DNA from: Acaryochloris marina S15
GTDB lineage: Bacteria; Cyanobacteriota; Cyanobacteriia; Thermosynechococcales; Thermosynechococcaceae
NCBI RefSeq assembly: GCF_018336915.1
Contig: NZ_CP064925.1
Coordinates: forward strand, 210,001-242,000
Direction of reading: 5' to 3'
DNA length: 32,000 bases
The position numbers and the translations under genes are program-made. Positions 22,120 through 31,100 of the stretch are shown piece by piece (the stretch's first letter is position 1; every line of letters starts with the position of its first letter). The notes under the pieces are model-generated. The model was not told the origin of the DNA. It did not search any database and worked only from the letters and a program-made list of their open reading frames with translations.

Positions 22120-25100
22120 TCATCCTAAGCTAATGTCAAAGGTACCTGGTACTGGTATTGAATAACCTGTAAGATAATCGGCTCCAATATCTATCCCAGA
22201 GAAAAATCCAGAAAAATTACCAGTTCCGAAACCGATTCTCCCAAAAGTCAATGATACCCCTCCAAGTTCGGAACCAGCACTTATAGCTGCATTGAAAAAT
22301 GTAGCTCCACCAGTCAATGCAAGTTGACTTATACCTAAGAAACCTGGTGTTCTAATATCCCCTTCAGTAGATGCATATCCAATAGGTATTGGGCTTAATG
22401 ATAAACCCAGCAAAGGAAGAGCCCAAACCCCTCTAGCCTGTTCTATAACCCCCGGTGATGTTTCGTATGGCTCTGATTCAGCAAATATGAAAGCTCCTCC
22501 ACCTGCTGGTACAGGAAATGGTAATGCGACGCTTGAGCCTGTGGCGATTACCAAATCTGCTTTCCAGTCGACATCTTCCCTGAACCCCCCCGCCAAACTG
22601 CCAACGGATTGACCTATAGAGATTATCTGAGATAGAAGAGTCGCCCCCAGTACAGCCTGCAAAACAGAGACATTCCCACTAGGATCAACGAAGTTTGTTG
22701 GATTACCATTGGCATAAATGTATCGATTAAGAGTAATGGGTCTTTGAAAAAATCCTTCAAATTTATCACGGCTTGAAAATCTAGCATTAGCAACATCCAG
22801 ATATCTTGCTCTCAAATAATCTAAATCTAGATTTCCATCCTTCTGCTCACCAGCAAACAAGTATGAGTTCTCTGTATTCCCACTTTGAGAAAGAACTTGA
22901 CCGAATGCATCATAAAGGTAGGAATCAGAGACATCTCCACTTTCAGAACTCAAAGCCCGTGTACTCCCTAGGCCATCAACGTGATAGAACGATCGCTCTC
23001 CCTGCCGATCCTGTGAAATTAAGTCATTCCCGTGAACATAGGAAACCTTGATAACACCGCCAGGCGTATATTCTTCTAGAACTTGGGCATAGGGACGATT
23101 CTTATCAATCAGGAAGCGAGTCTCTTCCCCATTGGCCGTTTGTGCCACCCGAATACCATCCGAATCATACTGATTGGTGACATCATTGACCCCATCCCCA
23201 TCGGTATCCGCTGCAATCAGACGATTCTCAACATCCCAATCATAGGCAACCGACTCCGTACTATTGCTCTTGCCTAATGTATTGCCGTTGTCATCATAGG
23301 TATAGGTTGTCACCTCACCATCGGTCGTTTCAGCTATCAATCGATCATTCACATCGTAGATATAGGTCGTTACACCATCTATCGAATCATCACGAGTCTC
23401 TCGGTTGCCGACTGCATCATAGGTATAGGAGATAGTGCGGCTGGGGTCAGTCGTACCAGGGTCAAAGATAGTCTCTTGTGTCAGTCGATCCAGATCATCA
23501 TAGGTATATTCAACCCGGCGTCCGTCTTGTTCTTCCACGGCGATACGGTTGCCTGTCAAATCCAAGGTATAGCGGAAACTGTTGATGATGCCGCTAGGAC
23601 CACTGTTCTCCAGATAGACCAATCGATTCAACTCATCAAACTCACGGATTTCAACCGTGCCATTCGGAAATTCCGTTCTCTCTAGGTTGCCAACGGCATT
23701 GTAGAAATAGGTCGTTACTCCTGCATCTGGATCCGTTACCGTCTTCAGACGATTTTGAGCATCAAAGGTATAAGAGGTTTGTCCAGAGGGAATGGTGACG
23801 GAGGTGCGGTTTCCGGCAATATCGTAGGTGTAGCCAATCTCCCGCCCATCCGGGTCGATCCGCTTCGTGAGACGATTCTGCTCATCGTACTCATAGGTCG
23901 TCGTTCCCCGAGCATCCGTTACACTTTCACGCTGACCAATGAGGGTGTAAGCATAGGTCGTACTGGCAGAGCCTGGGAAGTCTTTAGTGATTAGCCGATC
24001 GCGCTCATCATACTCATAGACAATCGTCTCGCCATTAAAGTCCGTGGTGCTAATAACATTGCCGACTTTGTCATAGTCAGAACTAGAGCGTTGCCCTAAG
24101 GCCAGCACCGTGGCCGTCCGCCGACCGAGACCATCATATTCAAAGGTAGTGACATGATCGTTGGCATCTGTTTGGGTAATCAAATTACCCAGCTCGTCAT
24201 AGGTATATTCAGTCCGCTGATTCAGGGCATCCACAACAGCCGTTAATCGACCCACGGCATCATATTCAAACTGTGTTGTCTTGCCTTCCTGGTCTGTACG
24301 ACCCACCAATCGGCCTGTCTCATCAAACTCAGAAGAGACCGTCGTACCATCGGCAAACTCCTGACGAAGGGGGCGGCCGAAATCGTCATAGAAGAATGTA
24401 GTGGTATTCCCCAAGGGATCGGTCTGGGTTTGTTGCCGACCGGCATCATCATAGGTAGTGGTAACTGTGGGGTTATCACTGTCATCTGCGGGGGTCTCAT
24501 CCGGTAAGAGAGTGGAGACTAATCGTCCCAACTTGTCATAGACAAATTTGGTCTGATTGCCCCGTTGATCAATCTCAGCGATCACCCGACCCGCGAGGTC
24601 ATACTCCGTTCTAGTTCGGGGGTTATCTGCATCATCCGGTGTGGCATCGGGCAGAATCGTTTCTATCAGACGACCCACCTTGTCATAGACAAATTGGGTT
24701 TGCCGACCCAGTTCATCAATTTCCGTAATCACTCGGCCTACAGCATCATATTCCGTGCGGCGGCGAGCATTATCAGTATCATCATTCGGCGTCGCATCGG
24801 GCAGAATTGTCTCCGTGAGCTGCCCCCGATCATCGTAGATAAACTTCGTTACCCGTCCTTCGGCATCAATTACCTGCACCCGATTGCCCACAGCGTCGTA
24901 TCGGGTCTCAGTGATTCCGCCTTCTGGGTCCGTCACCTTGACCAATCGGCCTTCGGCATCATATTCCGAAATTGTGACTAAAGACCGCTCTCCCGTTGGT
25001 GTGGTTTGGTTGCGAGTTTCAGTCAGCTGATTGCCGTTGTCATCGTAGGTAAAGGTGGTGACATTCCCCGCTGCATCCACTTGGGTAAGGACATTGCCAG

Positions 25101-28100
25101 AGCCATCATAGGTAAAGATATTAGATCCAGTTGCATCTCCAAAGCTGGCCAGGTTGCCCCTCGCGTCATAGTTCAGGGTCGTGGTGCCATTGCCTTGACC
25201 TGCAATCTGAGTCAAGTTGCCCCGCAGGTCATAGGTATTCGTGGTGGTGTTCCCCAAGGCATCGGTAGAGGCTGCCAGCACACTAAAGGGAAGGCTGCTC
25301 TGACCCGTAATCTTAGCGACTAATGACGTGCCAAAGTCAATCCGGTCATAGGTATTAAAGGTGACGTTCCCCAGAGCATCCGTCACCGTCAGGCTATTGC
25401 CAAAGGCATCGTAGGTAAAAGTAGTGGTGCTGCCTTCAAGGTCTATGCCATCAAAGACCGTTTCCGTGAGCATGTAGTTATTGGCATCATAGGTCCGCTC
25501 AATGACGCCACCTTCTGCATCCACTTCCCTAACCACATTGCCCCGCTGATCGTATTCAAAGACGGTGGGGTTAACCAATTGATCCCGAATCGTTTCCGTG
25601 AAGTTATCGGGATTATGGACCAGTTCAATAAATTCGCCACTGGCATCAATGAGTTTCACTAACCGACCCAGATCATCATATTCACTTCTCACCCCCGAAC
25701 GATTGAGGGGATCAATCACCTCCGTCAAGAAGTGATCTCGCTGGGGTTCGTCATACTCATACTGAGTGACGTTGTCCTCCCGATCCGTGAAGCTGACTAA
25801 ATCTCCAGTCGCGTTGTAGGCATATTCGATCCGCTCCCCTAAGGGGTCAATCACCGCGACAATTCGACCTTGGGCATCTCGTTCAAATGTGACGCTCTTA
25901 CCGTTTGAGCTGACAATGCCGTTGTCTGTGAAGGTGAGGGTATTGTCATTGTTGTCTGCAACCTGGCGCAGGTCCCCAGTGGTGCCATTGATTTCATAGG
26001 CCAGACCATCCTGGGTGGTGAGTATAAAGCGATTGCCAAAGACGGGAGAGAGGGGGTTATAGGCTAATCCCGTTGAGTAATCAAACAGTTCACCCGCTGC
26101 ATTCACAGATAGATCCGCATTGTCCACGGAGAGCTGACTGGTCACCCCAGAATCTGAGACAAAGGTGGGCTTGAAGATTCCCAAGAAGGACCCTTGTAAT
26201 CCAGGGGCAAGAGTGGGCTGGAAGGTGAAGCCTTCTCGCTGGCCACCCGGCAGGGTGACATAGACCCTAGCTCCACTAAAGAAGGGGTTGTAGATCAGGT
26301 CCGCTTCAAAGCCTGATTCAGCCACGTTGGTTCTCAGGTCCGTATCGCTCAGTTCTAAGCGCCAACCATATCCCAGTTCATCGGTGGTATTGGCATTGAG
26401 GCTGTCATAGGTGCGAGCGACGGTGATCGGGATGCCGGAGACGGGAATGACAAGGTCTGTGAAGGACAGCTGGAAGTTCCCCAGTTTCAAATCACCTGCA
26501 ACACTGACCTCTTGCTCAACGGTAGCTTCATTACCGCCCGTATCCGTAGCAAATAGTCGCAATGTATAGGCGTCATTGGCCAAAATCGAGGGGTCGAATT
26601 CACCCAGCAGGCCATCGGTGATCGGATTTGTGCCTTCTGCTAGAGTGACAAAGTTATCCGTGCCTGATAGAGCATAGGACAGGGTGTAGGACAGCAGATT
26701 GGTATCTGTTACTGTCCCTAATATATCGGTAGCAGTCGTGAAGATATCACCCGGCGTGAGTGATGTGAAGGCCACAACTGGGGCATCGACATCATTGGGG
26801 TCAATGCCAGTGAGGGTGACAGTATCAGTGCCGATATTACCAGCAGCGTCAGTAGCCGTGGCTACAGCATCGATTGCCCCCAGAGCTTCGACAGTGACGG
26901 TGGCTCGACCCGTGGCATCCAAGGCAATTGGGGTGCCATCAATGCTCAGGCTCAACTGCTCAACGCCGACATTATCAGATGCTTGGACAACCAAGGTGAC
27001 GGTATCTCCCAAATCAACCTGCCCACTTTGAGATTGGAATAGGCTGACTAAGGGAGCTTCCTGATCGACCGTGACTACCAAGTTATAAGTCTGGGTAAAT
27101 GAAGCTCCAAAGGGATCTGAAACCCTAATTTCAATAGATTCAGTCCCTAAATCAGTAGTGGTGGGTGACCATCTGACTCGCCCAAAATTATCTACAGTCA
27201 TCCCATTGGGTGCCTGGATAAGTTCGATGCTCAGGGGATCATTATTGGGATCTATTGAACGGACATTATATTCATAGGTGGCCCCTACTGCAGCTGAAAC
27301 AATCGGAGCTGAGATAATTTCCGGGGCGGCATTATCCCGAACAGCCAAGTTGTATCTTTGAGTACTGCTTAATCCCGATGAATCGCTTGCCACAACTGTG
27401 ATCTCAAATTGCCCATTTGAAGGGGGCACCCACTCTAATAATCCAGAGTTTGAGTCAATCGTCATTCCAGGTAAAGCATTAACTAAGGAAAATTGGATTG
27501 AATCACCATCTGGATCAGTAGCCCCGACGTCATATTGATACAGTGCACCTGCTGAAGCTGCGAACGTAGGTGTTGAATCAATCCTAGGGGCTTGATTGGG
27601 TGCAGTAGCTAGCACCACGACTGAGTAACCGATTCCCGCTATATTCCCTTGATCATCAGTCACCAGAACATCAACTAACTGTTCACCGATTTGGGATGTA
27701 GTAGGAGTCCACTGAATCTGCCCCGTTGCAGTGTCAATAGTCATATTGCTGGGGGCATTCACAAAAGAGTAAGTCAGGAGGTCATTATCTATATCGGTCG
27801 CGATAATTTGATCGGTATAGGGTGTGTCAGCAGCACCAACGGTTAAGGGTGCAGAAGTGATGATGGGAGGTGTATTTAATCCCCGAACATTAAGGGTAAA
27901 ACTTTGAGTGTCGGCTCCCCCTTGGGCATCCAACACCTCGATCACAATGTCATAACTGCCCACCTGATCTAGTGTGGGTTGCCATAGAACCGTTCCCTGA
28001 CGTTCGTCAATGGACATGCCCGTGGGTGCATTCAAAAAACGCCAGATCAGTGGATCACCATCAGGATCAAAGGCTTGCGCGTCATAAGCATATTGTTGAT

Positions 28101-31100
28101 TAGCGTTAGCTATAACATTGGGTGTTGATTCAATGACAGGTGACTCGTTTATTGATTGAGAGGTAACCTCAATCTCAAAATTTTGTTGAACCAGTCCACC
28201 CCGACCATCATCAACGATCAGTTGTACTGTATTCAGCCCAATCTGATTCCCGGTGGGATTCCAAGTAATGACATTCGAATCATTCAGACTCATCCCAGTA
28301 GGGGCAGCATTCAACGTAACTGCGAGTGGATCACCATTCGGATCTGAAGCAATTAATTGATAAAGATAGGTCCCACCTAAATGGATCATTTCCCGAGGCG
28401 TGGACTGAATGACCGGTAACTGATTAGTCGAGTTGGCAACAACATCAATCGTAAAAGTTTGCTGAGTCTCTAAGCCAACAGGAATCCTGGCAGAAATAGT
28501 AATCTCATTTGGCCCTATCTGATTGACATTTGGAGTCCAAGATACCAGTCCTGTATCAGAGTTGATCTGGACTCCGATGGGTGCATCAATCAATTCAAAC
28601 GTAAGGTCAGTATTGCGAGCATCTTGAGCCACAATCTGGTATTGGTAAGGTAGCTCAACACTGGCTGGTCCTGGCGGAGTTGAGGTGATGAGAGGTGCAG
28701 TAAAGGCTGAAGGGACATTAAGGCTGATATCTTGTATGGCGACACCCCCTTTACCGTCGTTGACCTCTAATAAGGCTGTACTAATCCCCTCCTGAGCAAT
28801 CCAAACAATCGTTCCAGTTCTGGGATCGACTGTCATTCCTGGTGGGGCTGCCAATAACTCAAAAGTTAGGGGGTCGCCATCAGGATCTGAAGCCACTGCA
28901 TCGTAACGGAATAGTTCACCTGCGGTGATATCAGTCGGTGGAGCACTGGTAAAAGTGGGTTTAGAGTTTATCCCCTGGGATTCAACATTGCCAAAATCAA
29001 TATCGCCAATGGTTTCAGAACCTTGAATAGTGATTTCAAAGGTATTATCTCCGGGGGCTGTTTGAGTCCAGCCAGGTTGCAATTCTTCGGCAATGACATA
29101 AGTACCAGGAGCCAAATTATCAAAGAAATAGTTACCTTGAACATCAGTGGTAGTAAATCGTTCGCTCGAATCACGAATTCCATTGAGATTCTGATCAATG
29201 TAAATGATCCAGCCTTCAAGTCCTGGTTCGGGTATAGGATCAATACCAGCTCCTGGAATAGTACTGGTAATTAAGTGATTAACGTTAGCAAATTCAACAC
29301 CGTTAAAAGTGTCATTAGGCAAAGGAGGACTCCCAAATCCACGTAATGGAACACTGGGTGAACCAAACACTGATGTTGATAAAAATCTACCGTTAGGTTG
29401 CTCTCCATTAGGAATCTCTGAGTAAGTGGTGGTGGATGAGCGTAACTCAGTTGTGATGACTGGATTCGGACTATTAAAGAGAGTTCCTCCCTGCTTTAAA
29501 TCAATATTCTGTGTCGAATAAATCCCTTCAAACGTTTCAAATCCAAAGAAGGTTGCAACTTCATTAACATGTTGGACGATCAGGGAACTACTGGAGTCGT
29601 CTGTACCCAGGACAATTCCGCCACCATTGTCAAACAAGTTTACGGCTTGATTAATGGTTAAGTTCTCTTCATCCTGTGTAGAATGAATTCGCCATGCTAA
29701 TCCATCAAAGATGAAGTTGGGATGTTCTGAGCTGAATTCCTGTAAAGCATTTAAATCTTCATCCGTAAAGCTGAAAGCTGGATTTGCAGAGGTTATGCCA
29801 AATCCATCATTCCAAATCCAAACCTGATTGATATCGTCATTTGTAGCAAGGGTATTTGCAATGGTGCCAGGATTTAGTAAGGATCCAACAATTACTTCAT
29901 AACCCAAATTCTCTAAAACAGGCAAAACCGTCCCATTTTCTACATTAACAGCGACATCGCCTCTTAAAAGGAGGATTGTGTCTTCATTTGGATCACTTGG
30001 TTTATTAGTTCCTCCTTCTTGGAATCCACGTTCTCCATCACGATCAAGATCATGGAATTTAGTTCCTTGAATGACACCACTTGAGGTAAGGTCAACCACC
30101 TCTAGAATGAATTGCTGGGTCTCAACCCCTCCTCGATTATCCTCAACCTGAATTTCAACTGTTTGTATGCCAATATCTTGAGTCGTGACATCCCAAGAGA
30201 TCTGACCAGTGTCTGAGTTGATCACCAAACCCAAAGGTGCTGTCAATAGTGAGTAACTGATTACATCTCCATCAGGATCGAGTGCATCAATATCTGTCAA
30301 GTATGATGTACCCGCAAAAGCTTTTAAGTCAGGAGAACTAATAATAATGGGTGCATTATTTCCTGCTTCAGCTTGAACAAAAATCCCATAGGCTTGTTCA
30401 GCAGTTCCACCCTGACTATCATCAACAAGAACGACAACTTCATTAAAACCTAACTGGGTATTATCCGGTCTCCAACTGATAAGCCCTGTGTTTGAATCAA
30501 TAGACATATTTTGGGGACCACTCACTATTGAAAATGTGAGTGAGTCTCCATCAGCATCTTCTGCAGATAACTGATATTGGTAATCTGCTGAGACATTTGC
30601 ATCAACGATAGGGATTGACTTAAAGCTAGGAGGCCGATTTGGAGGTGCCTCAATTACTCCAAGGGTATAGTCTTGCGAGGTGATACCACCCCGACTATCA
30701 CTGACTTGTACCGTGATGTCATGATTAGCAATATCAGCTACAGTGGTGTCCCAACTGATCACACCCGTCGTTGGTTCAATGGTCATGCCATCGGGGGCAA
30801 TCAGGAGTTCATAGGTGAGGGTATCTCCGTTTGGATCAGCTGCATTAACGTCGTAGGTGTAGGGCAACCCAGCAATCGCTTCTAGTCTGGGGGTTGATTC
30901 AATGACTGGATTGGAATTTAATTCCGACAGCACAACGAAATCATAAGAAAATTGCACACCCTCTGGGTTTCTAAAGCTAATGGTTCTTGGTCCAGTCAGG
31001 TCATCAGGATTAAACTTGCCTGCGGTGACTAAACTTGTGAAATCAAAGTAAGGGCGTCCATCTGCGGTCAGACCGTCCGCATCAACAACCCGCACAGTGG

